From: an uncultured Holophagales bacterium
Lineage (GTDB): Bacteria; Acidobacteriota; Thermoanaerobaculia; Multivoradales; UBA5704
Length of the DNA stretch: 64,000 nucleotides
Direction of reading: 5' to 3'
Assembly: GCA_963842525.1 (NCBI GenBank)
Contig: CAWJGT010000022.1
Span: 39,156 to 103,155, forward strand
Positions 19,423 to 30,400 of this stretch are shown here, in pieces; position 1 is the stretch's first letter, and every line of letters begins with the position of its first letter. Under the pieces are notes generated by a model. The model saw nothing but the letters and a program-made list of their open reading frames with translations. It was not told where the DNA came from and did no database searches. The position numbers and the translations under genes were made by a program.

Positions 19423-20793
19423 TCACGCCGCTCGCTGCCGGCGGTGGAAGTCGCGCACGAGCTCGACGAGCAGCTCGGCGACGTCGGGCGTAACGTTGCC
19501 GTCCGGCAAGCTCTTGCCTTGCGCTCTCTTGAAGGAGTCCGGCAGAAGGGCGCGATCGATGCGCGTGTCGTCGATCACCACAGGAACGATGAAAGCCTCG
19601 TCCGGCGCCATCCCGCGGGCGAAATCGTCCGCGTCGTTCCACTCCCGCCAGAAATATCGACGCCGGTTCTCCTCACTCACAGCCTGGCGCGAGATCACCG
19701 GCAGGAAAAGCGAACAGCGCTCGATACCGCGGCGGATGCTGCGTGCCCAGTCATCTGCCATCTGCAAGGCATTCTTGTCGAACCAAACCTCCAGGCCAGC
19801 CGAGCGCAGGCCCTCGGCCAATCTGCTGGCGGCTTCGCGGTCCTCGCTCGCGTAGCTGACAAAAATCGCCCCGGTTGGGATGCTCCTTCCGGCCGTGCCT
19901 GCCTCGGGCTCCGCTTTCCGCGCTTCTGCCGGATGGGTGGCTTGCCAGCGCCGCGCGAGCTCTGTGACGAACTGCGCTGCGGTCAATGGGACGACGCGGG
20001 TGTCGGGGCTGAAGCTTTCGAGGAACAGCGCCAGCCTGGCGTCATGTGCAATCTGGTCGCCGACCAGCACGTCCCAGCGCCTGCGCTTCTGAGACAGCTC
20101 GAGGCTCCTCGCGGTACGCAGGAAAAAGCGCGCGAGCCAGTCTCCGTAGTTGCAGCCGAGGATGAGCAAATGGTTGCCGCGCAGCTCGTCGAACAGTTTA
20201 TTGGGCTGGCGCTGCTTGTCCTGCATGCCATGCAGGAACTCGAGCAGGTCTTCATCGCAGATTGCGTAGTCCGGGGAAGCCGACGCTCGCCCCAGGAGAT
20301 GGAACACCATCGGCTGCCGGAGCTCAGCCTTTGGACAGGGGAGGTCTCGGACGGTCTTCGGCGAATAGGCGATTTGTTCAGCACGCGGCCCGCCGCCGAT
20401 CCGTGCAGCGCCGATGGCATCCGCAAGCAGCGAGTCAAAGGTCAGCGAGACGAACAGGTCGAAACCAGGGATGCCGGCCAGCGCCCGCAGCGGCTCGGGC
20501 GGTGTCAGCGCGGCGTTGCGCAGCATTCTGTGGATTTGGGCGTAGAGCTCGTCCCTCTCTCCTCGCCGACGCTGGTGCAGCGCAACGACATGGTTGAGGT
20601 CGAAGCCCGCGGGAAGCTCCGCGGTGGGCAGCTCGAGATCGGCCGCCAGCCGTTGCGCAATCCAGCGATAGAGGGGCACATCGCGGTCGCCTTCCCGAAC
20701 CGTGACCAGCTCCGAACCGATGACGGGAATGACGGCCCGGTCCTGGATGTAGTCCAGGAGATTGTCCCAGAACCCCTCCTGCAAGTCGGCCAT
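19423..20793 (-). CDS. SIR2-like plus TIR-domain protein
   Basis: VIPVIGSEL, SLTFDSLL, FHLLG, LLILGC (SIR2_2-like); IFVSYASEDR..VWFDK..REW (TIR_2 with Glu). Confidence 0.9.
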   Translation of the reverse strand: MADLQEGFWDNLLDYIQDRAVIPVIGSELVTVREGDRDVPLYRWIAQRLAADLELPTAELPAGFDLNHVVALHQRRRGERDELYAQIHRMLRNAALTPPEPLRALAGIPGFDLFVSLTFDSLLADAIGAARIGGGPRAEQIAYSPKTVRDLPCPKAELRQPMVFHLLGRASASPDYAICDEDLLEFLHGMQDKQRQPNKLFDELRGNHLLILGCNYGDWLARFFLRTARSLELSQKRRRWDVLVGDQIAHDARLALFLESFSPDTRVVPLTAAQFVTELARRWQATHPAEARKAEPEAGTAGRSIPTGAIFVSYASEDREAASRLAEGLRSAGLEVWFDKNALQMADDWARSIRRGIERCSLFLPVISRQAVSEENRRRYFWREWNDADDFARGMAPDEAFIVPVVIDDTRIDRALLPDSFKRAQGKSLPDGNVTPDVAELLVELVRDFHRRQRAA

Positions 20794-20941
20794 GGCCGCA
20801 CACCCCCCCTTGGGAAGTCCTCTGCAGCGTAGGTGAGGGCTCAGTTTAGCTGATTCGGACAGATGCCGTCCGCCGCGCCGTAATGTCGGTCGTAACACGG
20901 CGCCTTTTAGACTTCGATGTTTCCAGGGAGAAAACGGTCCG

Positions 20942-21214
20942 ATGAGTGTGCGGTTCCGCAGGAACGCTGCTGAGGTCTTTGACGTGACCCGCGCCGTGCT
21001 CGCTCCATACATCGGGGATCTCATGGCGCGGACGGCCGCCGCCGCCCACTGCCGCAGGCTTGGCATCGAGGGGCCGGTGCTCGACCATCACGAGGTCGAA
21101 TTGCTGCTGGAAAAGCTCGGCCTCGGGCTGGTCATCTTCCTGGGCCATGGGAAGACCGCCCTCGTGATTGCCTCCGTCCGTCAGGCGATCGAGGGTCTGT
21201 CTTCCCCCTCGTGA
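20942..21214 (+). CDS. Hypothetical protein
   Basis: 90-aa ORF with GC3-biased codons and upstream GGGAG. Confidence 0.6.
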   Translation: MSVRFRRNAAEVFDVTRAVLAPYIGDLMARTAAAAHCRRLGIEGPVLDHHEVELLLEKLGLGLVIFLGHGKTALVIASVRQAIEGLSSPS

Positions 21215-21306
21215 ACCATAACATCGCGGCTTTCGTTACGTATCTGGAGAGGAGCGGCCGGCTTCTCCATGGCCGGCCTCAGCTTCCTTTCAAGGAGTTG
21301 ACAGTC

Positions 21307-22990
21307 ATGCATTCACGAATCCTCCGTCCGGGGGCACGGACCCTCGGTGCCTTGTTCCTGTTGATGACCCTCACCGGCCTTCCGGCCGCGGCGGCGCCTC
21401 CATCGGATACCGAATTGACCCGCTTCGCGGACGAGCTGCTGTCCAAGACCTACCCGGCGGACGCGCCGGGCGCTTCGGCGCTGGTGGTCCGGAACGGCAA
21501 GGTGCTGCTGCGCAAGGGCTATGGCCTTGCCGACCAGGAGCTCGGCGTGCCGGTGCGGCCGGAGATGGTGTTCCAGCTCGGTTCGGTGACCAAGCAGTTC
21601 ACGGCCGCGGCGATCCTGATGCTCCAGGAGCGCGGCAAGCTCTCGGTCCAGGACGAGGTCACCAAGTACCTGCCCGACTATCCGACCCACGGCCAGAAGA
21701 TCACGATCGAGCACCTGCTCACCCATGCCTCCGGCATCCCCAGCTACACAGGGCTGGCGGAGTGGCCTCCGAAATGGCGCGAGGACCTCACGCTCGACCA
21801 GCTCATGGCGCTGTTCAAGGACAAGCCGCTGGAGTTCAACCCCGGCGAGCAATGGGCCTACAACAACTCGGGCTACATCCTCCTCGGGGCAGTCATCGAG
21901 AAGGCGTCGGGCAAGACCTATGAGGACTTCGTCGAGCAGGAGATCTTCGCGCCCCTCGGCATGAAGCACTCGTTCTACAACCACAACGAGGAGCTGATCC
22001 CCGGCCGCGTGCAGGGATATGAAAAGGAAGGGGAATATCGGCGGGCGCGTTATCTCAGCATGACCCACCCCTATGCCGCCGGCTCCCTGATCTCCAACGT
22101 GGACGACCTGTGGCTCTGGGAGCAGGGGCTGTCGGCTGGCAAGCTCATCCGCCAAGAGTCGCTCGATCAGATGTTCACCCCCGCCAAGCTCACCTCGGGG
22201 GTCAATTCCCACTACGCCTATGGCTGGAACACCTTCGAATACGGCGGCCGCAAAGTGTTCGAGCACGCCGGCGGGATCTTCGGATTCCTCACGCACGTGA
22301 CGCGTGTCCCCGACGAGCACCTGTACGTGGCGATCCTGTCGAACAACACCTCGAACGACCCGGAGGATCTGGGGTTGCGGATCGCGGCCAAATCGACCGG
22401 CACGGCGTTCGAAGACCGGCCGTCGGTGTCGCTCGACGAGAAGACGTTGGACGAGTACGTGGGCGTCTACCGCTTCGACGCAAACACAACGCGAACAATC
22501 ACCCGCGAAGGCGGCAAGCTCTTCTCCCAGCGGAGCAGCCGCGAAAAGACGGAGATCCTGGCGTCCGCCAAGGACGAGGTCTTCTTCAAGGACACCCCGG
22601 CCCGCATGCGCTTCCAACGCGATGCCCAGGGGAAGGTGACAGGCATGGAGGCTCCTGGCCAGCGCCGGGCCCGACGGCGTCGGAGTACGGACCGACGAGC
22701 CGCTGCCGGCGGAGCGCGTAGCGGTGAAGCTCGATCCGGCGGTCTACGACAGCCTGGTGGGAGTCTATGAGCTGGCGCCGGGCTTCGACTTCACCATCAC
22801 CCGCGAAGGGGACCAGATCTTCGGCCAGGCCACCGGCCAGGGGAAGGCCGAGCTGTTCCCGCAGTCCGAGACGGAGTTCTTCGTCAAGGTCGTCGACGCC
22901 CAGTTCACCTTCGAGCGCGGCCCGGACGGCAAGGCCACAGGGCTGGTGCTCCACCAGAACGGGCGGAACATTCCGGGGAAAAAGAAGTAG
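21307..22990 (+). CDS. Serine hydrolase (beta-lactamase family) with C-terminal DUF3471-like domains; frameshift ~22650
   Basis: GSVTKQFT (SxxK), LLTHASG, YNNSGY, HAGG; two YVGVY-type domains in two frames. Confidence 0.92.
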
Positions 22991-23145
22991 GCCCCTCACC
23001 CCCGGCCCCTCTCCCATCCGCCCGCCCGCACCACCGGGAGAGGGGAGCGGAGACCATCGCACCCGCATCTCGTCTCGAGACTTTCTTTTCCCCCTCTCCC
23101 GGAGGAAGGGTGGGCGGTTGGGAGAGGGGGTAGGGGTGAGGGGCC
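22991..23145. repeat. Family-1 palindromic repeat
   Basis: Starts immediately after TAG: GCCCCTCACCCCCGGCCCCTCTCCC...GGGAGAGGGGGTAGGGGTGAGGGGC. Confidence 0.88.
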
Positions 23146-23242
23146 GAGCTGCCCCCGGTCGCCGGATGCGATAACATGCGTCGACTTCGAAGAGGAGAAG
23201 GCGCGTGCTACCATGCAGGAGAGAGGCTGGAAGGGGGCAACC

Positions 23243-23806
23243 ATGGCCGTACGAGACACCGCCCGCCGCAAGCTCACGTACCAGGACTATCTGGCCTTCC
23301 CCGATGACGGGCTGCGCCACGAGCTCCTGGACGGGGAGCACTACGTGAGCTCGGCGCCTTCGCGGAGGCACCAGGCGGCCTCAAGGCGCCTGTGCACGCG
23401 TTTCGACAATTTTCTGGAGCGGACCGGGCTCGGCGAGGTGTTTCCGGCCCCGTTCGAGGTCAAGCTCTCGGAGCACGACGTCGTGCAGCCCGACCTCCTC
23501 TTTATTTCCAACGAACGCGCTGGCATCCTGACGGAGGCGAATGTCCTGGGTGCTCCGGATCTGGTGGTCGAGATCCTCTCGGATTCCTCCCATCAAGCAG
23601 ACAAGCTGGTCAAGCGCCGGCAGTACGAGCTTTTCGGGGTGCGGGAGTACTGGATTCTCGACCCGGTCCTCCGGACGGCCAGTGTCTATCGTTGGGGCCA
23701 AGGACGCTTCGCCCCGCCCGAAGAGCTCTCGGCGGCGGCAGGAGATATCCTGTCCACACCCCTCCTCCCCGGTCTCGCGATCCCGCTGGTCGAGATCTTC
23801 ATTTAG
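23243..23806 (+). CDS. Uma2/DUF820 family putative endonuclease
   Basis: HELLDGE, VQPDLLF, GAPDLVVEILS, GVREYWILDP. Confidence 0.95.
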   Translation: MAVRDTARRKLTYQDYLAFPDDGLRHELLDGEHYVSSAPSRRHQAASRRLCTRFDNFLERTGLGEVFPAPFEVKLSEHDVVQPDLLFISNERAGILTEANVLGAPDLVVEILSDSSHQADKLVKRRQYELFGVREYWILDPVLRTASVYRWGQGRFAPPEELSAAAGDILSTPLLPGLAIPLVEIFI

Positions 23807-26800
23807 ATAGCAGCGCCTCGACCTCCCTTTTCTGCAACGGATCGAGCTCGACCGCCCGGGCCAGGGCCCGGCGCGCCTCTTCCGTTTTTTTCTGCTGCAC
23901 GGCTGGATCGCGGCTGGCCCGGGCGGCGAGGAGGAGGTGGGCTCCGCGCTGGAGCTCGGCTTCGGCGTTCTTGGGGTTGATGGCCAGGGCGCGTCTCGCG
24001 GCGTTCAGGCCCTTGGCGATGGCGGTGTTTGCGGCATCCGCATTGGCGCCTCGGGCGAGGGCGTCCTCGGCCCGGATCTGCTCGGCGCCGGCCAGGATGA
24101 TCCAGGTCTTCGGGTCCTGGGAGTTGATGTCCAGGGCGCGGGCGAGGTCTCGGTCCGCGGCAGCCAGGTCCGGGGCCGGAGAGCGGCCTCGGGTGCGCGC
24201 CCATCTCGCGGCGACGAGGGCGAGGTCGGCCCGGCTGGCCAGGACTTCGCCGTCGTTGGGGTTCAAGGCGAGGCTCCGGTCCGACGCGCGACGGCCTTCG
24301 GCCACCGCCTCGGTGGGATCGAGCTTCCGCCCGAGGAGCGCCAGCGCGCGGTTGTGCTCGATCGTCGCCAGATTGGCGTGGACGAAAGGGTCATTCGGGT
24401 TGAAGGAGAGGCTCGCCTGCACGTCCTCCCGGGCCCGCGCCAGGATCGGCAGCGGGTCGAGGCCGGTCTGCAGCTCGTACTCGGCCTGCATGACAAGCAC
24501 GGCGCCGCGGTTTTCCTGCGGTGGACCGTAGCCGGGCTGGACCTCCAGGGCGCGGGTGTAGCTCGCCGTGGCCGCGGCGAGGGTGGGGCGTGGATCGATC
24601 CCGTGCGTCAGCTCGTATTGGCCCTGGACCGCATGGGCATTGCCCAGGTTCAGCCAGGCCGGCGCCGCCCCGGCGTCGATCGCGAGAGCGCGCTGATAGC
24701 CGGCGATCGACTCGCGCAGGACGGGACGCGGGTCCTGGCCGCGCTCGACTCCCCATCTCGACATGTGGTAGCGCGTATAGGCCAGGTGATGGTGGAGGAT
24801 CGCCAGGGAGCCGTCGATGGCGAGCCCCCGCCGGTATGCGTCCACGGCCCGTCTGAAGGAAGGGAGCGGGTCGATCCCCTGGGTCATCTCGTACTCGCCG
24901 AAGGAGAGGTGGGCGTAGCCGAGAGGCTGCCAGGAGAGGGCGAAGCCGGGCTGCAGGTCTACGGCCTTGCGAAGGCTCGCCAGGGCCTGCCGATAGGTGG
25001 GGCGCGGGTCCTCTCCCCGGCCGGCGGCCCGCTGTCCGAGGTACATCTGTGCCATGCCGAGCCGGTCGTGCGCCATTGCGTAGACCGGATCGGCTGCGAG
25101 GGCCCGGCGGGCAAGGGAGATCGCCGCCTCCAGACGTTCCAGAATCTCCTCCCCCCGCCGCCGATCCTGCTGCGCCACCCAGAGGTGGAGCTTCGCCTGC
25201 TCGGTCAGCACACGGGCGCTCTCGGGGTCCACGGCCAAGGCCCGGTCGCAGACGGCCAGGGCGGCCGGCAGGAGCGGCGCGAGGGGGGTGTCGCGCGCCA
25301 TGCCCAGGTCGAAGGCATGGACCTCGCGAGTGCAGATGGCGGCGTAGACCTGGGGATCGGAGCGCGCGATCCGGGCCGCCTCGGCGTAGGCGCGGCGGGC
25401 CTCGTCGAGGCGGCGGAGGGCGTCGTCGTACCGGCCGACCCGGCGGTCCGCGCTCGCCAGCTCGGTCTGGACCTCGCCCTGGAGGAGGGCGGCTTCGTAG
25501 ACGGAGGGGTCTTCGCGCAGGGCCTGGGCTGCGAGAACGAGCGCCGCGGGACGGCGCTCCTCGGCATAGGCCAGGAGAGCCTCGACATAGCTGGGGCTGG
25601 CGGCGACCGCACCTCCGCCTCCGGCGCTCTCCTTGCCCCTTCCATGGACAGACCGAAGATAGCGCCGGGCCGGCGCGAGGAAGTCGCGGGCGACAGCCTT
25701 GCGGTGGGCATCGCGAAGGGAAGCCTCGGCGATCCGGTTGGCGTCTTCGAGGCCGCGCTGGTAGCGCCCGGCCAGGACGCGGCCGAGGGTCCAGGCCACC
25801 TCCGGGGGACGGTAGCCGAGCCGCCAGGCCGCCTCCAGGTCGCGCTGCGCGGCGGCGAGCTCGTCCAGGGCCAGGTGGCCGCGCCCCAGGGCATAGTGGC
25901 CGGGGCCGGCCGCGAGGTCGCCGATCTCCTCCATCTGCCGCGCGATGGCCCGCATCCGCTCGCGCACCTGCCGGCGGTCGCGCCGCACGTCGTGGAGCGG
26001 CAGCAGGAAGGCGATGCGCAGGCGGCTTTCGATCTCCTCGACCTGCTGGCCGAAGCGCTGGGCCGCGAGCGCAGTCTCGGCCGCCCGCCACTGGGCACGC
26101 AGAGCCACGGTGCCCAGGACGGCGACGGCGGCCACCGACACGGCGAGCACGGCGGCGAGCGTCCGGTTCTTGCGCACCCGCTTGAGCAGGCGGTAGGTCC
26201 GGCTCGCCGGCCGCGCCAGGACCGGCTCGCCGTCGAGCCAGCGGTCGAGGTCCTCGGCAAGCTCCCGGGCCGAGCCGTAGCGCCGGGCGGGGTCGCGCTC
26301 CAGGCATCTCATGACGACGGTATCGAGATCGGCCGGGATCGAGCGCACCCGCTTCCGCAGGGGGACCGGGTCCTCATTCAGGATGCGCAGGACGAGGGCG
26401 GCGTCGTTGTCGGCCTCGAAGGGACGCTCGCCGGCCAGCAGCTCGTAGGCGGTCGTGCCCAGAGCCCAGACGTCCGCGCGGCGGTCGATCCCGGCGCCGC
26501 AGAGCTGCTCGGGCGCCATGTAGTCGAGGGTGCCCAGGACCATGCCGGTGCGGGTCATCCCCGCACCCGCGGTCTCGCGGGCGAGGCCGAAGTCGAGGAC
26601 GTACGGCCGGAAGACCCCCTCCTCGGTGCGCTCCACCAGGACGTTGGCCGGCTTGAGGTCGCGGTGGATCAGCCCGGTGCGGTGCGCGGCGTGCACCCCC
26701 TCGGCCACGTCGCGCAGCACCCGCATCTTCTGCTCCAGCGTCATCTCGCGGCCGGCCTCCAGGAGTCCTTCCCCTGAAGGAGCTGCATGGCGATATAGGG

Positions 26801-27166
26801 CTGGCCGCGGACCTCACCGACCTCGTAGACCTTGCAGACGTGCGGGTGGTCGACGCGGGCCTGCGCCTGCGCCTCCAGAAGAAGCCTTTTCACGGCGACG
26901 GGATCGCCGGTGCGCAGGCACTTGAGGGCGACCGGCCGGCGGAGCGCCGGATCCCACGCACGGAAAACGCGGCCCATGCCCCCCTCGCCCAACAGGGCAT
27001 CGATCCGCAGCTTGCCCCACGAGCCGCCGGGCCGCGGAGTCTCCCAGGCCTCGGATGCCAGGCGCAGGATGCGGTCCCCCTCGGCAGTGATCTCCGGCAA
27101 CGTCGGCGCAGTCTCCCGCCGCGGGTCGTCCGGGATCACAGTGGTCTCGGGGTCGTCGGGTCTCAT
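23799..27166 (-). CDS. Hanks-type Ser/Thr protein kinase with TM and TPR repeats; frameshift ~26760
   Basis: LGEGGMGRVF..VALK in one frame; HRDLKPAN, DFGLA, YMAPEQ, DVWALG in the other; TPR tail. Confidence 0.93.
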
Positions 27167-27235
27167 CCAGGCTCCCGGGGCTCGGTGGGTGGGTGAGGGT
27201 TGTGCGCGGGAAGAGTGTAGCGCGGCGTGGGCGGA

Positions 27236-27432
27236 ACCTCACCCCCTGTCCCCCTCTCCCCCCTTCCCCCGAGAGAGGGGGGACGCAGGCGGAGCTCTCT
27301 GCGCTCTGTGTAAGCGATCTTCCAACAGAATTTCTGTGGAGTCAGAGCTTCGGCTTCATCCCTGGAGCCTCCTCGTCCCCCCTCTCCCGGTCGGTGGGGG
27401 GGCGATGGGAGAGGGGGACAGGGGGTGAGGTT
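27236..27432. repeat. Family-1 palindromic repeat, core homologous to 2295-2502
   Basis: Shared core GCAGGCGGAGCT..CAACAGAAT.TCTGTGGAG.CAG.GCTTCGGCTTC..CCCTGGAGCCTCCTC. Confidence 0.9.
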
Positions 27433-27483
27433 TGATGTACCGTATACCTCGTAGCCTTTCGCAGGTCAGGAGGCCTGTTGTCC

Positions 27484-30400
27484 ATGCCCAATCCGTTCTC
27501 GTGGCTCCGGGGCAAGCTCGGTCCCCGCATCGGTTCCGTCGTCCGGCGCAAGTGGCACTGGAAGGACGTCGCTCTCCTCGTGATGGCCCTGTTGCTCGTG
27601 TCGGTCGGCGGCTATGCGTTCCGGGAGCCGATCGCGGTGGCGGTGGCGAAGCTCCAGGCCCAGGCCCAGGGCGGCGAGACGGTCTCCGTCTTCGACGTGG
27701 TGCTCGACCGCGAGAACCGCCAGTTCGTCGACATCCTCTTCGACCGGCCGCTCGGTGAAGGCAAGGTCGACGAGATCGTCGACCCCCTCCGGCCACGGTC
27801 CAGCCCGCCCTCGGCGGTTCCTGGAAATGGAAGGACACCAACGCCCTGCGCTTCCAGCCGAGCGGCGGCTTCCCCGTCGCCAGCGAATACACGATCAGCC
27901 TGATCCCCGAGCGGCTCCTGAAAGAGGGGCAGGTCTTCACCGGCGACACCGACCTCGTGGTGCGCACCGACAAGTTCCTGGTCGAGAACGTCTCGGTCGG
28001 CGAAGAGCCGGCGCTCGAAGGCGAGGCCAAGGTCATCTTCCGCGGCGAGATCCGCTTCAACTACCCGGTCAACCCCGAGGTCCTCGCCCCGCGCGTCAAG
28101 CTTGTCGATCCCAGCCGGTCCGAGCCGATCGCCGTGACCCTTGAGACCGACTGGGAGAACCAGACCATCGGCTACCGCACCGACCCGGTGCAGCGCGAGC
28201 AGGACGAGAGGAAAGCTCAGCTCGTCATTGCGGGCGACCTCACGCCGGCCAACGGCAACGCACCGCTGGGCGAGGACTTTGTCCACGAGATCCTGGTCGG
28301 ATCGCGTACCCGCCTCGCGGTCTGGAAGGTGGAAGCCTTCCCGTCCCCGCGCGAATCGACGATCCAGGTGCAGTTCTCCTCTCCGGTCTCGGCCGCGGTG
28401 GTCGAGAAGTACCTGACGATCGAGCCCAAGGTCCAGATCCGCCTCTCGGCCGAGCGCAACGTGCTGACGATCTCCGGTGGCCTCGAGCCCGGCCGGACCT
28501 ACAAGCTGACCCTCGCCGAGGGACTGCCCGCCACCGACAACGCCGTGCTGCCCGAGAAGTACGAGGCCGACGTCGCGATCCCCGACCTCGAGCCGTCCGT
28601 GGCCTATCAGAGCCAGGGGATGTTCCTCTCCGCCGCGGGCGCCCACACGGTCAACGTCGAGACGGTCAACCTCTCCAAGATGCGGGTCGCCGTCGACCGG
28701 GTCTATCTGAACAATCTCTTCTTTCTTTTTCAGTACGGCGGCTTCTTCGAGGACGAGTACGGCTGGTTCGGCGAGCTCAACCACGCCCTGGGCGACCGCC
28801 TGAAGGAGGTCACGCTGGATGTGGGCGGGCGCCGCAACAAGCCGCGCGTCACGCCGCTCACCCTCGACCGCTATGTGGATACGAAGCAGCCCGGCCTCTA
28901 CCGCGTCTCGGTCGGCAAGCCGGACGACTGGGAGGCGGCGCAGCGCTGGCTGCTGCTGACCGACCTCGGTGTGGTGGCCAAGCGCAGCGGCAGCGAGTTG
29001 CTCGTCTGGATCGCCTCGTTCCGTGACCTGGCACCGATTGAAGGGGCGCGGATTTCCCTGATCTCCGACCAGAACCAGACCATGGGGAGCGGCACGACGG
29101 ACGGCGCCGGCATCTGGCGGCTGCGCGATCCGAAGGCTCTGGCCAAGGGACGTCCCTATCTGATCACGGTCGAGAAGGGGGATGATTTTACATTCCTCCT
29201 GTTCGATCAGATGCCGGTCGACACAGTCGGCCTGGACGTCAGCGGCAGTGTTGGAATCGAGGGGCCTCCGGGAGAGGGTTATCAAGCATTTCTCTACGGC
29301 GAGCGCGACATCTACCGGCCGGGCGAGACGCTGGAAGGGCTGGCCATTGTGCGCGATGGCAGCCTCCAGGCTCCGCCCGCCATGCCGGCCCTGCTGCGCC
29401 ACCGTGACCCGCAGGGCCGGGAGCTGGAGACGCAGCGCCTGGAAGTCGACGCCCGCGGCCTCGCCTCCTTCCGGCTCGACCTGCCGGGCTATGCGCTGAC
29501 CGGCCATCACACGCTGGAGATGGTGGTGGCCGAGAAGGTCATCGGCCAGTACCGTTTCCAGGTCGAGGAGTTCGTCCCCGACCGGATTTCGGTTGAGATC
29601 GTGCCGCCCAAGCAGGTCGGCCCCGGTGAAAAGCTTTCCTACCAGGTCCGCGGCCTCTACCTGTTCGGTCCGCCCGCGGCCGGGCTGCCGGTCGAGACCC
29701 GCGTGCGGCTGGTGGACTCGGACTTCGCCCCCAAGGGGTTCGAGGGCTACAGCTTCCGCAATTCCGAGCGCAAGCTGGACGACCGGGAGATCCTCTCGGC
29801 CCAGGGCAAGCTGGACGACCAGGGCGTGAGCACCTTCGAGGCCACCATGCCCGCGGGCGCGCCGGTGCCGTCCTCGCTGGAGGCGGTGATCACGGCGCGG
29901 GTCCAGGAGCAGGGGGGCCGCGGCGTCGCCGCGCTCTCGCGGCTGCGGGTCCATCCCTATCCGTATTACATCGGGCTGCGGCGGCTCGGCGAGGGGTATC
30001 CGCAGCCCGGCCAGCCCGTCGAGCTGGAGTACGTGGCGGTCGCGCCCGACGGCAAGCCGGCCTCCTCGGGCGGCCTGCGGGCCGACCTCTTCCGCGACCG
30101 GTGGAACACCGTGCTGCGCCGCACCTCCAGCGGCTACAAGTACGAATCGACCCGCGACCCCGTCCTGGTGACGAGCCGCACGATCGAATCCGGCAAGAGC
30201 AAGGGACAGTTCGACTTCGCGCCCCGCGACTGGGGGAGCTACCGTGTGGTCCTGACCGATCCCGAGACCCAGGCTTCGGCCGAGGTGGAATTCTATGTCG
30301 CCGGCTGGGGGACTTCCCCCTGGGCGATCAAGAACCCGTCGCGCCTGGACCTCGCCCTCGACAAGGACGAGTACGCGCCAGGCGACACGGCCCGCCTCCA

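Noticed and set aside
5995-27800. Programmed frameshifting or phase variation in tusA, LytS, serine hydrolase, kinase and yfhM
   Set aside because: Many unrelated genes each have one indel, some in homopolymer runs; sequencing error is the simpler explanation
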